The notes under the pieces are model-generated. The model was not told the DNA's origin. It did not search any database and saw nothing but the letters and a program-made list of their open reading frames with translations. Source: Poseidonia sp. (GTDB taxonomy: Archaea; Thermoplasmatota; Poseidoniia; Poseidoniales; Poseidoniaceae). From it: a DNA stretch of 64,000 nucleotides. The translations under genes were made by a program, and so were the position numbers. The stretch lies in assembly GCA_965661285.1 (NCBI GenBank), contig CBFIDD010000003.1, forward strand, positions 96,001-160,000. The letters run 5' to 3'. Positions within the stretch are counted from its first letter, which is position 1; the number at the start of each line of letters is the position of its first letter. Below are positions 27,534 to 37,132 of this stretch, piece after piece.

Positions 27534-29273
27534 TCAGTTGGCCTCCACAGCGTTGGCGATTTCTTCGTTCATCTGCTTGACCAAGTCTTCAATGCGGTCA
27601 ATGTAGCCTGTTTCGAACCGACCACGCATCAGGTTTGAGCGGGCAGGAACGTTGACGACATCGTTGAGCAAGGCTCCGTTAGCCATGGCAGTCTTGGCGG
27701 CGTCTTGGAAGGACAGGATGGCCTTGGCCATTTCGTACTGCAATTTGATGTCGCAGTAGGCATCAACGGGGTCAAAGCCGTTCTGCTGAAGGAAGAATTC
27801 TCGGATCATACGTGCGACTTCCAACGTCAACTGCTGGTCGACGGGCAGGGCGTCAGAACCGACCAGCTGGACGATTTCTTGCAGTTCGGCTTCAATTTGC
27901 AACAGACCGCTGATCTGCGTTCGAATTTCAGGGAAGTCCTGGGCGATGTTGTCTCGGAACCACTGGTCGAGGCTCTGTGGGTAGAGCGAATAGGAGTTCA
28001 GCCAGTTGATGGCAGGGAAGTGGCGTTGTCGAGCCAAACCGGCATCGAGGCCCCAGAACACCTTCACGATACGGAGGGTACCTTGGGAAACCGGTTCGGA
28101 GATGTCACCACCGGGCGGCGACACAGCACCGATAACGGTGACGGACCCGTCTTCGCCGTTGAGCGTCTCAACACGTCCGGCTCGTTCGTAGAATTCTGCG
28201 ATTCTGGACGAGAGGTAGGCTGGATAACCTTCCTCACCGGGCATTTCTTCCAAACGGGACGAAATTTCACGCATGGCTTCTGCCCAGCGAGAGGTTGAGT
28301 CGGCCATGAGGGCCACGTCGTAGCCCATGTCTCGGAAATACTCGGCGATGGTGATACCGGTGTACACCGATGCCTCACGAGCAGCCACAGGCATGTTGGA
28401 GGTGTTGGCGATCATGACCGTTCGGTTCATGAGCGGCTTTCCGGTGTTGGGGTCGATCAAGTGAGGGAACTCATCCAACACTTCGGTCATCTCGTTGCCT
28501 CGCTCCCCGCAGCCGATGTAAACGACGAGTTGAGCGTCGGAGTACTTGGCCAGAGATTGCTGCGTGACCGTCTTTCCGGACCCGAAGGGACCGGGAATAC
28601 CGGCAGCACCGCCCTTGGCGAGCGGGAACAGGAAGTCGAGGATGCGCATGCCGGTGACCAGAGGCGTGTCTGGAGCGTACTTCTGCGTGAAGGGGCGAGG
28701 GGTTCGGACCGGCCACTTCTGCATCATCTGCAACTCGCTGCCGTCCTCAAGGACACAGACGGTTTGGGTCACGTTGAAGTCACCGGATTCGATGGACTTC
28801 ACCTTGCCGCCTTTACCGGGCGGGACCATGATCTTGTGAACAATGGTCTCGGTTTCTTGGACGTGGCCGATGACTTGGCCGCTGACCACGTCATCGCCCT
28901 TGGCGACTTGTGGCTCAAACGTCCAGGTCTTCTCCATGTCAAAGGCATCAGCGTCGACACCACGGGTGATGAAGACACCCATGACTTCCTCAAGGGTGGC
29001 AAGAGGACGCTGGATACCGTCGTAAATTTGTGTCAGGAGACCGGGTCCGAGAGAAACCGAGAGGGTCTCTTCGGTGTTCAACACGGGCTCACCGGGGCGA
29101 ATACCCGAGGTGTCTTCGTACACCTGAATGACGGCTTTTTCACCGTGCAGCTCAATCACTTCGCCCATCAAACCTTCATGTCCGACACGCACAACGTCAT
29201 ACATTGCGGCGTTCATGCCTGTAGCGGTTACGACAGGTCCCGAAATTCGGTAAATCACTCCTTCATTGCTCAT
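27534..29273 (-). CDS. atpA: A/V-type ATP synthase subunit A (no intein)
   Basis: [41 protein letters not shown]; 579 aa uninterrupted. Confidence 0.98.
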   Translation of the reverse strand: MSNEGVIYRISGPVVTATGMNAAMYDVVRVGHEGLMGEVIELHGEKAVIQVYEDTSGIRPGEPVLNTEETLSVSLGPGLLTQIYDGIQRPLATLEEVMGVFITRGVDADAFDMEKTWTFEPQVAKGDDVVSGQVIGHVQETETIVHKIMVPPGKGGKVKSIESGDFNVTQTVCVLEDGSELQMMQKWPVRTPRPFTQKYAPDTPLVTGMRILDFLFPLAKGGAAGIPGPFGSGKTVTQQSLAKYSDAQLVVYIGCGERGNEMTEVLDEFPHLIDPNTGKPLMNRTVMIANTSNMPVAAREASVYTGITIAEYFRDMGYDVALMADSTSRWAEAMREISSRLEEMPGEEGYPAYLSSRIAEFYERAGRVETLNGEDGSVTVIGAVSPPGGDISEPVSQGTLRIVKVFWGLDAGLARQRHFPAINWLNSYSLYPQSLDQWFRDNIAQDFPEIRTQISGLLQIEAELQEIVQLVGSDALPVDQQLTLEVARMIREFFLQQNGFDPVDAYCDIKLQYEMAKAILSFQDAAKTAMANGALLNDVVNVPARSNLMRGRFETGYIDRIEDLVKQMNEEIANAVEAN

Positions 29274-29303
29274 TTTTTCTTCCTCCTGTTTTTGGTTGGA
29301 ACA

Positions 29304-29606
29304 TCATTTCCAAAGATCGACTCCTATGGCCTTGCGAATGGTATCCCGCAAGGTGGTGTCTTCCTCCGTACCGATACCGAGAACGGTTGGGGAGACGGAT
29401 GCCGACAACTGGTCTTTCAACCGGTCGGGCAACGTGGCCATCACAGCGGAGTCGACCACCATGATACCAACGGATTTGTTGTTGAGTAGGGAGCGAAGCG
29501 TGGAATGCAATTCCTCGTCGCCATCTGGATTGTAGAGACTTGACAGCCCAGCGAGCTGGAAGCCAAGGGTGAACGCAGGAGAGCCGACAATTGCAATCTC
29601 CATCAT
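29304..29606 (-). CDS. atpF: A/V-type ATP synthase subunit F
   Basis: IAIVG...F.LGF.LAG, I.KAIGVDLW. Confidence 0.93.
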   Translation of the reverse strand: MMEIAIVGSPAFTLGFQLAGLSSLYNPDGDEELHSTLRSLLNNKSVGIMVVDSAVMATLPDRLKDQLSASVSPTVLGIGTEEDTTLRDTIRKAIGVDLWK

Positions 29607-29614
29607 AAATCACC

Positions 29615-30655
29615 TCAGAGTAAGTGCGCCTCAAGCACGGCAGCGGACAAGCCTGCGAGGCGTCCGCGAACGATCAAACGAAGGTCAGAGACCTCCTGCA
29701 CCTTCATCGCGATGTAGTAGATGATGGGAAGTGCAGATACGGGATGGAGGTAGCTCATCCGTTGCATCATGCTGTGCTCACGTGCATTCATCCAGGTGAC
29801 AACCGAGTCAAGACTGCGAGAAGTTTCGGCTTCTTCCAAGACCGTTTCAAAGGATGCAAAATCGAACTTGTTGGCGCTGCGCAGCAAATCCAACATGGCG
29901 TTTCGCCCTCCGGTCGCAATCGCTGAAAAGGCACGCTTGGGAACGAGTCGCCCTCCTGGAATGAGGAGCGACACGAGCCGTTCGTTATCGATGCCCACCG
30001 CACTCGCCTCTAGGATGTTGACGATGTTTTTGTGGTCGACTTCCGCAGCAAAGAGTTGGCGAAGGAAACGAGCAGGAGCTCCTTTGGCTTGGCCAAGTGC
30101 CTTGAGTGAGGCGGCGTAGTAGTGCCGGTCAAGGGAATCCTCATAGTCGGCAAGAGAACCGTCTTCCGGGACCTTTGCGAGGGACGAACCGAACGCCTTC
30201 CGGCGCATGAGGTTCGCTGCAGTCTTCATGTCATCACTCGTCTCGACAACCTTTAGCCACGGCGTGTTCACATCGTTAATCTCTGGAAGAATGCTGTTTC
30301 CAACCTCTTCCACCGAGACCTCGTTGTGAATCGCCCGAAACACCGCTTTGGCGTTTTGATACTCAAATCGAGACGTGTAAATTTCAATCAGCGGTCGAAT
30401 GGACTTGTTGGTCATGTTGACCAGTTTCGTCAATTCGGACTCCAAGTTGTGGGTAAGGGCTGCTTCAACGAGGTCTCCACCCGTCAGTTTTCCTGCGTAG
30501 AGGTCAATCTCTGTGCGGTAGCCAAGGTCAGCGACAGCGACCGTGAGTTGGTCCACGGATTGATTGATCAGTTGACGTAGTCGCGCTCGGTCTGCCAACT
30601 TCTGTCGTCGTGCCTTGGCACGTGAGACGACATAAGGGGTGTTTCCGAGCATCAT
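29615..30655 (-). CDS. atpC: A/V-type ATP synthase subunit C
   Basis: Y...RAKAR...L, LDRHYY, EVD.KNI, K.QEV.DLRLI.RG; operon position. Confidence 0.9.
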   Translation of the reverse strand: MMLGNTPYVVSRAKARRQKLADRARLRQLINQSVDQLTVAVADLGYRTEIDLYAGKLTGGDLVEAALTHNLESELTKLVNMTNKSIRPLIEIYTSRFEYQNAKAVFRAIHNEVSVEEVGNSILPEINDVNTPWLKVVETSDDMKTAANLMRRKAFGSSLAKVPEDGSLADYEDSLDRHYYAASLKALGQAKGAPARFLRQLFAAEVDHKNIVNILEASAVGIDNERLVSLLIPGGRLVPKRAFSAIATGGRNAMLDLLRSANKFDFASFETVLEEAETSRSLDSVVTWMNAREHSMMQRMSYLHPVSALPIIYYIAMKVQEVSDLRLIVRGRLAGLSAAVLEAHLL

Positions 30656-30668
30656 TCTATCGCCTTCC

Positions 30669-31232
30669 TCATCCAAACAGGGTTTCGTTCACGGCAGCGA
30701 GTTGGTCAGACCAAGCACGCTCAAGCATGTTGTCAAATCGCATGTCAAAGGAAACAGAGCCGTCGGCGGCTTCCAAAACAAAGCCACCAAGACCTTCCAC
30801 ACTCTCGCCGACTTTACGCTCACCGGCCTCTTTCGAGATGGCGGCGCGGTCAACTTCGACGGGCAGAATCACAAATTTGCCTTTGCCCAGTTTCTTTGAC
30901 GCTGCAAGCATGGTCTTCAGAAGGGCGGCTCGTCCTTTCATGCCGGGGTCGGCGATGTGGTTTCGGGCCGTTTCGTAGGTCGCATCGAGCACCTTGCGGC
31001 GAGCGATCAACACGTCTTTTTGATTGGACTGTCGGGCGCTGGCCACGGTTTCTCGTGCGATTTGTGCTGCTTCTTTTTCAGCACGCTGCTGGGCCTCGTC
31101 GCGCATGGCGTTCACCTTTGCTTCGGCTTCAGCAATCAGTTGCTTGGCTTCTGCCTTGGCCTCGGCAATCAGCGCCTTGGCGTCGCTTTCAGCAGCAGCG
31201 GCAATGTCGTTGGCAAGTGTTTCTAGGGTCAT
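30669..31232 (-). CDS. atpE: A/V-type ATP synthase subunit E
   Basis: N-terminal coiled coil, LGGFVL...DG.V..D.RFD; operon position. Confidence 0.9.
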   Translation of the reverse strand: MTLETLANDIAAAAESDAKALIAEAKAEAKQLIAEAEAKVNAMRDEAQQRAEKEAAQIARETVASARQSNQKDVLIARRKVLDATYETARNHIADPGMKGRAALLKTMLAASKKLGKGKFVILPVEVDRAAISKEAGERKVGESVEGLGGFVLEAADGSVSFDMRFDNMLERAWSDQLAAVNETLFG

Positions 31233-31293
31233 GGTATCGTCTCCTTGGTTCAAATCGATGTGGGCGGGGCCCACACGGGTCAACCGTTCTTCC

Positions 31294-31608
31294 TCACTGG
31301 AGGAAAAGCGGAAGCGCACCGAGAATCACAATGGATTCTGGGAGAGCGGTAAAGATGAGACCGTATCCGAATTTGCTACCGTCTTCAGCGATCATGCCGA
31401 TGGCAGCGCTGCCGATGGCGGCTTGGGAGAAACCTGCACCGATGGCGGCAAGGCCAAGGGCAAGTCCGACACCAACGTCGCCGGTCATTCCGTCAGTGGC
31501 ACCGGAGTCCGTCGTGTCTTCTGCCGCAGCGACACCTTGGGCGACCAAGGCGACGGTGAGCAGAACGATCAGGGTGCGCAGGCTTGTTTTCAGGGTATTC
31601 TTGTTCAT
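31294..31608 (-). CDS. atpK: A/V-type ATP synthase proteolipid subunit K (c) with N-terminal signal-like peptide
   Basis: GLAAIGAGFSQAAIGSAAIG...F..GLIFTALPESIVILG. Confidence 0.93.
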   Translation of the reverse strand: MNKNTLKTSLRTLIVLLTVALVAQGVAAAEDTTDSGATDGMTGDVGVGLALGLAAIGAGFSQAAIGSAAIGMIAEDGSKFGYGLIFTALPESIVILGALPLFLQ

Positions 31609-31638
31609 TTTTCTACCTCCAGTTTGTTGTCCGTGGGA

Positions 31639-33681
31639 CTATGCTTGCCCCTCCGTATGGAGGGTGCGACCGCCAATCGGTGTAAAAACCCGACCGGAGC
31701 CGTCGTAGAACTTGCCCATCCATTCCACGAAGTGGAGACGGGCAGCGTGGATGCTCGGCGAGAGCAATCCAAGAGCGAGAGCAAAGGCTTGAATGAAGAC
31801 GAAGAGAACCAGACCGAGGACGATGGAGACGACGCCGCCACCGGACCACATCAGGTCCCATCCCATTGAAATTGAAACTTCTGCGATTTTCACGCCGGCC
31901 ACACCGACGCCCATCACACGGAGGTAGGAGAGCGTGTTGGCGAGGAGGCCGAAGGTCTCGATGGGACCCATGATGATGCCGCCCGCCCAGCCGAACTTCT
32001 CGTAAATGGCCAGACCGATGATGAGGCAGCCAACGCCAAGGAGCATGGCTGCAGCGTACGGCGTTAATTCAAGCACACTCTGGTCGGAGGTGAGGAAGCC
32101 ATAGATGTGGAGGGTGCCAGCCACGAGGATGATCATCCAGCTGCCTTTTTCGAAGAAAGCGGCCAAGAAACCGTGGGCACGAGCCACGTTGATGAAGCCG
32201 AGAATGAAGCCGAACATCAGGTGAGCGATGCCCAAGTACACCGAGAGCAAAACGTACTCCGTAATGGAGCTCGTTGCTCGGTGGAACGGAATGTGCGTGT
32301 AGTCCATTCGCAGCGTATCGGTGATGAACGCAGGGAAGTGGATGTTGTTGTATGTCCAGTCATAAAATGCTGCGAGAGGCGATGCGTCTCCCATCTGTCC
32401 GGTGTTGTCCCATACGAAACCAAAGCCTTCTGCAAACAAAAAGCCCCAAATCATGCACCAAATGCCCATCCACTTGAGGATGGTGACGCCGTTTTTGGCC
32501 ACGGGGTCGGCTGCGAACGGAAGCGTGCCCATCCACGTACCCAAGAGGAAGATAAGGAAACCATAGCCGAAGTCACCCAGTATGAGTCCGTAGATCATGG
32601 GGAAGGTCATCATCAAGAAGAAGGTCGGGTCGAACGTCCCGTAGGCAGGGCGGCCGACCAAGCCGACAAGGAGCTCGAACGGCCGGGAGACGGTTCCGTT
32701 TTCCAAGGCGACGGGAGGCGTTGGCTCATCGTGGTGGTCATCGTGGTCGTCGTGATGGTGATGGTCGTCCACAAAGGTTTCAATTTCGATGTGCGAAGCC
32801 TTAGACTTCAGCGCTGATCGGACGCTCTCAGCCTTGCTGGACGGCACCCAAGCATCAAGCGCAAAGGCTTGGCCAGAGACCGCAAGTTGGGTCGGTGCCG
32901 TGTGAATCTCGTCTTCTTTTGTGAGGTATTCGTGGATGGCCAGGATGTTTCGCCCGTTGTTGCGAGCCCATCGTTGAGCGTCCTCGGACGCCGAGAACAT
33001 GGTGCCTTCGACCTTGCTTCGCTTCGCCAGGAGGGATTTGAGTGCTTCATCGGGCGTTCCCCCCATGTTCGGGATTTGAACGGGCTTTCCACCGAGTTCG
33101 CCCAGAGCCATCTGAACTTCAGCGCCGTCCGATGGCAGGCAGGCAACAGCAACAATACCTGGCGCTGCAGCGAGTTCGACATTCTGTGCGAGCGACCCGA
33201 ACACCGTGCGGGCCTTGCTGGACTTCTTGGTCTCGGCCACGTAGACTTCAACACGGCTCGAGCCTGCGAGGAGGTCGAGGTCCATGTTGAGAGGAGCAAG
33301 GCGGCGCAGCAAGTGAATTTGCTCGTCAAGAACGGCCAATTCAGCTTCGGAATCTCGGTGCGTGTCGAGGAGGTCGAGCCCCTTTTGGAGTTCATCGGCG
33401 AAGGAGCCCTCGAGCAGTTCCTTGACACGGCGAAGAGGAACGGGGCCATCGGTGTTCACGGGATTGAAGGCCGAAATGGCTGCTCGAACCTTGGCCAGCA
33501 AGGAACTGATGCGGTTGGCCTCCTCGGAGGTGCTCGCATGGCCGACATTGACGCCGTCTTCGAAGTTGGTGTAGGACTCGATGTGGACGCATCCCAACTC
33601 GGTGCAGGTCCGAAGCACGTCCGCCATACGGTCAACAGGTGCTGCGACCGTAAGACGAGACATGGCGACCGTGTCAAACAT
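31639..33681 (-). CDS. atpI: A/V-type ATP synthase subunit I (a)
   Basis: P.Y...DPT, GD.GYG, LSYLR, H..RLHFVEW..KFY.G.G..F.P. Confidence 0.96.
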   Translation of the reverse strand: MFDTVAMSRLTVAAPVDRMADVLRTCTELGCVHIESYTNFEDGVNVGHASTSEEANRISSLLAKVRAAISAFNPVNTDGPVPLRRVKELLEGSFADELQKGLDLLDTHRDSEAELAVLDEQIHLLRRLAPLNMDLDLLAGSSRVEVYVAETKKSSKARTVFGSLAQNVELAAAPGIVAVACLPSDGAEVQMALGELGGKPVQIPNMGGTPDEALKSLLAKRSKVEGTMFSASEDAQRWARNNGRNILAIHEYLTKEDEIHTAPTQLAVSGQAFALDAWVPSSKAESVRSALKSKASHIEIETFVDDHHHHDDHDDHHDEPTPPVALENGTVSRPFELLVGLVGRPAYGTFDPTFFLMMTFPMIYGLILGDFGYGFLIFLLGTWMGTLPFAADPVAKNGVTILKWMGIWCMIWGFLFAEGFGFVWDNTGQMGDASPLAAFYDWTYNNIHFPAFITDTLRMDYTHIPFHRATSSITEYVLLSVYLGIAHLMFGFILGFINVARAHGFLAAFFEKGSWMIILVAGTLHIYGFLTSDQSVLELTPYAAAMLLGVGCLIIGLAIYEKFGWAGGIIMGPIETFGLLANTLSYLRVMGVGVAGVKIAEVSISMGWDLMWSGGGVVSIVLGLVLFVFIQAFALALGLLSPSIHAARLHFVEWMGKFYDGSGRVFTPIGGRTLHTEGQA

Positions 33682-33690
33682 GGTATCGCC

Positions 33691-34008
33691 TCATTGGGAT
33701 GAAAGTGCGTCGATGACGAGTTGGACAGCGGCGTCCTGGTTGCTGGCGGAGTTGGATTCAATGCTGCTCACATCTCCAGCCCCTTTGGCTTTGACTTGGT
33801 CGGCTTCCCCTTGGGCATTGGCCCGGGCATCATCAAGGATTTTCTGCGTCATGGCGACGGTTTCATCAGCTGCGTCTTGAACCATTTCAGAGGCCTTTCG
33901 ACGGGCGTCTGCCAAGATTTTCGAGGCTTCTTCTTGGGCTTCGGAAAGACGCTTTTCTGCGTCTCGTTCCGCTGTTTTGATGCTTCGAAGGACCTCAGAC
34001 ATACCCAT
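33691..34008 (-). CDS. atpH: A/V-type ATP synthase subunit H (G) peripheral stalk
   Basis: EVL.SIK.AE..AE..L.EA..EA coiled coil; first gene of the atp cluster. Confidence 0.85.
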   Translation of the reverse strand: MGMSEVLRSIKTAERDAEKRLSEAQEEASKILADARRKASEMVQDAADETVAMTQKILDDARANAQGEADQVKAKGAGDVSSIESNSASNQDAAVQLVIDALSSQ

Positions 34009-34044
34009 GAAGAACACCTAGTGATTTTCGCACTGGAAGGGGGT

Positions 34045-34854
34045 TTAAGAGTCTAACGGGATGCTTGCTTGGGCTTCCTTTTCGGGCTTGGTGCCACGGA
34101 AGCGACTGGCCATGCCAAAAGGATACAGAAGACGCCCTTGCACGTTTTGAAATCCAACGTTTTTCATCATGGCACGGTAGTATCCGTTGGTCCCGTAATG
34201 TGTGTAACTGCGGGCGAGTCCTTTCCAGGGGTGATCTTTCTCGCCGGTGATGATACGGGCCAAGACTTGAACCACGCTGTTCATCCAGAGGTAGCCGAAG
34301 AAACCGTGCAATTTGTTGGCCTTTCCAGCGTCGCAAATGACCAAGCGCCCGCCAGGTTTCAACACCCGATAAATCTCACGAAGACCTTGTTCTTTGTCTT
34401 TGAAGTCGCGGAACGAGAACAGACAAAACACCATGTCGAAGGCATCATCTGGCAGAGGAATATCTTCAGCGATGGCTTCGACATAGGTCGCAGGACCCTC
34501 ACCCCGCTTGGCGCGGGCACCGTCAACCCGAGGCTGAGCCGTTGCCAGCATCTCTGGCGATGGGTCGAGACATGTCAACTCCATACCGACCAAATCCTCT
34601 GCGAAGGAACCTGGACCGCAGCCGACCTCGAGGACCTTCATTCCGGGTTTGGCGTGGTTTCTGATGTTCCTTCTCCAGCGCTTATCCTGTCCGAACGTCA
34701 TCCATTTGTTGACGCGGTCGTAGTTGGGGATGGTCGCCTCAAGTTGTCCCTCGAGTTCCTCCCATGCATCAGCGTCAATGCCGGACGGGTCGTATCCTCC
34801 GGTGGCAGCGCGCTTCCCCATGGAGGGTTGCGCACGCCCGACCGTTTTGGACAT
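34045..34854 (-). CDS. UbiE/MenG-family SAM-dependent methyltransferase
   Basis: YDRVN..MTFGQD.RWR, VLEVGCGPG, AEDIPLPDDAFD, LREIYRVLKPGG. Confidence 0.85.
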   Translation of the reverse strand: MSKTVGRAQPSMGKRAATGGYDPSGIDADAWEELEGQLEATIPNYDRVNKWMTFGQDKRWRRNIRNHAKPGMKVLEVGCGPGSFAEDLVGMELTCLDPSPEMLATAQPRVDGARAKRGEGPATYVEAIAEDIPLPDDAFDMVFCLFSFRDFKDKEQGLREIYRVLKPGGRLVICDAGKANKLHGFFGYLWMNSVVQVLARIITGEKDHPWKGLARSYTHYGTNGYYRAMMKNVGFQNVQGRLLYPFGMASRFRGTKPEKEAQASIPLDS

Positions 34855-34876
34855 GTCGTTTGCGCCACAGCGCACA

Positions 34877-35680
34877 TCAAGCGATACGTTCCACGGTTTC
34901 TGGCGTAATGCCTTCTTCGGGTGTAACACGGAAGACGAGGATCTTCAGATTCTCCGGAGCGTTGCGGAATTTTGAGACGATCATTGAGTTCTCAAAGTCC
35001 GTACCGATGGTTCGAACCTTGAACGAGAGCACCATGTCGGCGATGGAGGACAATTCTTGTTTCACGACCGGGTCAAGACCGTCGGTCGAAACCGAGATCA
35101 TCAACAGACCTCGCACCATTTGGGCGTGTGCTTGAAGCATACGGACCATGGAGATGACCCGAGCAGGGTCCTCACGCTGGAGAAAGAAATCGAGGTTGTC
35201 AACGACAGCCCGGAAGTATGGGCCAAGGCCCATGATTTCGTTGGTGACTTCGGTCAGGTAATCCTGGCTGCTGTCATCCACAAATCGGGTCTGCGCCAAT
35301 CGTTGAATGTCGGCAAGTTGGAATCCCTCAAGGCGATACCTGCTTGCAAGAAGATCACGCTCCAAAACGTTCGCATTGTATTCCTCGCCGATGGTTCGGA
35401 CATTGATATCAAGCGGCCAGCCGTATTTCTTGAAGATTCGAATAATCTCCTGCTGCCCTTCGTCGGTCGCGATGTAGAGCGTGTTTTCGGGCTCCTCGGC
35501 CGGCGAGGTGAATTGTTTGGCGAACAGCTCGCTGCCCGAACCTGTTTCGGTGAAGGCGATCATCGTGAAACCACGAGGGACACCGCCGCGCATTTCGTTG
35601 TCGAACTTCGGAACACCAAACGAGCCAACGCTGCCAAAAAACTCCTCGTCCTCTGGGTCAAATGTCATCTTTCTTGCCAT
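34877..35680 (-). CDS. KaiC/RAD55-family ATPase, degenerate Walker A
   Basis: FGVPKFD...GGVPRG, Walker A ETGSGSE (no Lys), VVDNL, LSSIADMV, KFRN. Confidence 0.8.
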   Translation of the reverse strand: MARKMTFDPEDEEFFGSVGSFGVPKFDNEMRGGVPRGFTMIAFTETGSGSELFAKQFTSPAEEPENTLYIATDEGQQEIIRIFKKYGWPLDINVRTIGEEYNANVLERDLLASRYRLEGFQLADIQRLAQTRFVDDSSQDYLTEVTNEIMGLGPYFRAVVDNLDFFLQREDPARVISMVRMLQAHAQMVRGLLMISVSTDGLDPVVKQELSSIADMVLSFKVRTIGTDFENSMIVSKFRNAPENLKILVFRVTPEEGITPETVERIA

Positions 35681-35691
35681 GCATCATCACC

Positions 35692-36276
35692 TCAGAGCAG
35701 GACCACCTGGCCACGATCGATCAAATCGGTGCAATATGTGTCGAGATTCGCAAGGACCAGCGGAGGCGTTTGGTCGGGGACATTGAGCATCACCGAAAGC
35801 ACCTCGCGTTGACGGAACGTGTTGATGAAGGTGTGAAGATACTCTGCGAGCATCCGGTCGTCGTTGTAAATAGCGAGCGCATTGACGCTGTCGAGGAAGA
35901 CGAAGTTGCGTGCGTTGCTGACCGTTCGCAGCGTGTAGAGGCTGCGCAACAAAATACTCTCGAGCATGATGGGGCTGTCGATGAAGGTGATGTTCGAATA
36001 GGGCACATCGGTTCCACCAAGCACACCTGATGACACCAAATCGAGGAAATGAATGCCCGAGACATCCACACCGATGGACTCGAAGGCCTGAATGATTTCC
36101 ACTGCGCCCCGGCTCGCCGAAATGTACACGCCGCCCATCTCAAACATCTGCATAAGAGGAATCATGGTGCTTGCGGTAACAGCAAAGGAATTACTCGCAC
36201 TCATTCGGACCTGAACAGAACTCCCCAAGGAGACCTGCGTCAGTTGCTCTGCGATTTGCTGGTCAAGTTCGAACAT
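35692..36276 (-). CDS. Inactivated KaiC/RecA-like domain protein
   Basis: GVYIS..R, IHFLDLVS and FVFLDSVNAL strands of the KaiC fold; no P-loop. Confidence 0.6.
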   Translation of the reverse strand: MFELDQQIAEQLTQVSLGSSVQVRMSASNSFAVTASTMIPLMQMFEMGGVYISASRGAVEIIQAFESIGVDVSGIHFLDLVSSGVLGGTDVPYSNITFIDSPIMLESILLRSLYTLRTVSNARNFVFLDSVNALAIYNDDRMLAEYLHTFINTFRQREVLSVMLNVPDQTPPLVLANLDTYCTDLIDRGQVVLL

Positions 36277-36278
36277 GT

Positions 36279-37070
36279 TCACTGCCCCCATCTGGATGTC
36301 GTATCGGCTGATGCGCCCCATTTGAGCATCGGAATGAGCATGACGCCCAATGGCGTCAGTTCAATGGCGTGTTTTGCCCGACTGTGAGACGTCCCTCGCA
36401 TCTTGACCACCTGCAAAAATCGGAGAAGGTGACCCATCCGTTCGGAGTCACCCATGACGATGATGCCGTCAGCGATGGCTTCTTCAACACCAAACGAGGA
36501 CCAGTGGGCGTTTTCGGTCGCCGAGGTGATCTCCGAGATGAGGATGGTCGTGCAACCAAGCGTAGCCAATTTTTTACCCAGCGTGAACAAGAAATCACGA
36601 ATCAGTTGCTCAGACTTAATTTTGTAACACAGGGTGGTCACCGAATCGATCACCAGGCGCGTTACACCGATGGTGTTGACAATGTCGACAATTGATTTGA
36701 TGAGGGCGTGAACGTCGTCAAGGTCAAACGATGCTTTCTCAAGACCCAACCAAGAATAAAGAACGTCCATGTCAAAGACGTTGATGAGGCCAGAATCCAC
36801 CATGTTCATGTCAAAAAAGGCATACTGGCGGATGTTTTCAAGCAATTTCACAGAGGGTTCGGTCGCCGTAAAATGGGCGCAAGCCTCGCCTGCAAGGGCG
36901 CCACGAACCAAGAATTCCATTGCGAGCGTGGTTTTCCCAGAACCGCACGTTCCAGCAGCCAGCACGGTCGAGCCGTACGGAATGCCGCCGCGCAAAATCT
37001 CATCCAGTCCATGGATGCCCGTCACGCATCGGTCTCGGGTGTAAACGCTCGTCGGTTGCATGGGGAACAT
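36279..37070 (-). CDS. KaiC/RAD55-family ATPase (intact)
   Basis: TGIHGLDEILRGGIP, GTCGSGKTT, RLVIDS, GVEEAIADG, R.LQVVKMRG. Confidence 0.9.
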   Translation of the reverse strand: MFPMQPTSVYTRDRCVTGIHGLDEILRGGIPYGSTVLAAGTCGSGKTTLAMEFLVRGALAGEACAHFTATEPSVKLLENIRQYAFFDMNMVDSGLINVFDMDVLYSWLGLEKASFDLDDVHALIKSIVDIVNTIGVTRLVIDSVTTLCYKIKSEQLIRDFLFTLGKKLATLGCTTILISEITSATENAHWSSFGVEEAIADGIIVMGDSERMGHLLRFLQVVKMRGTSHSRAKHAIELTPLGVMLIPMLKWGASADTTSRWGQ

Positions 37071-37132
37071 ACCGAAGGAACAGGCTTGGGTTGATGAAGT
37101 GTGCGGAAAGCACGAGACAGTCCCTTCCCGAT

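Noticed and set aside
27534-29273. Intein in AtpA (also checked for Cdc6)
   Set aside because: Lengths and motifs are continuous, with no insertion at the P-loop.
34025-34050. CACTGGAAGGGGG, resembling an ORB with a G-string
   Set aside because: Single partial copy; better explained as part of the atp promoter region (TTAAA on the minus strand).
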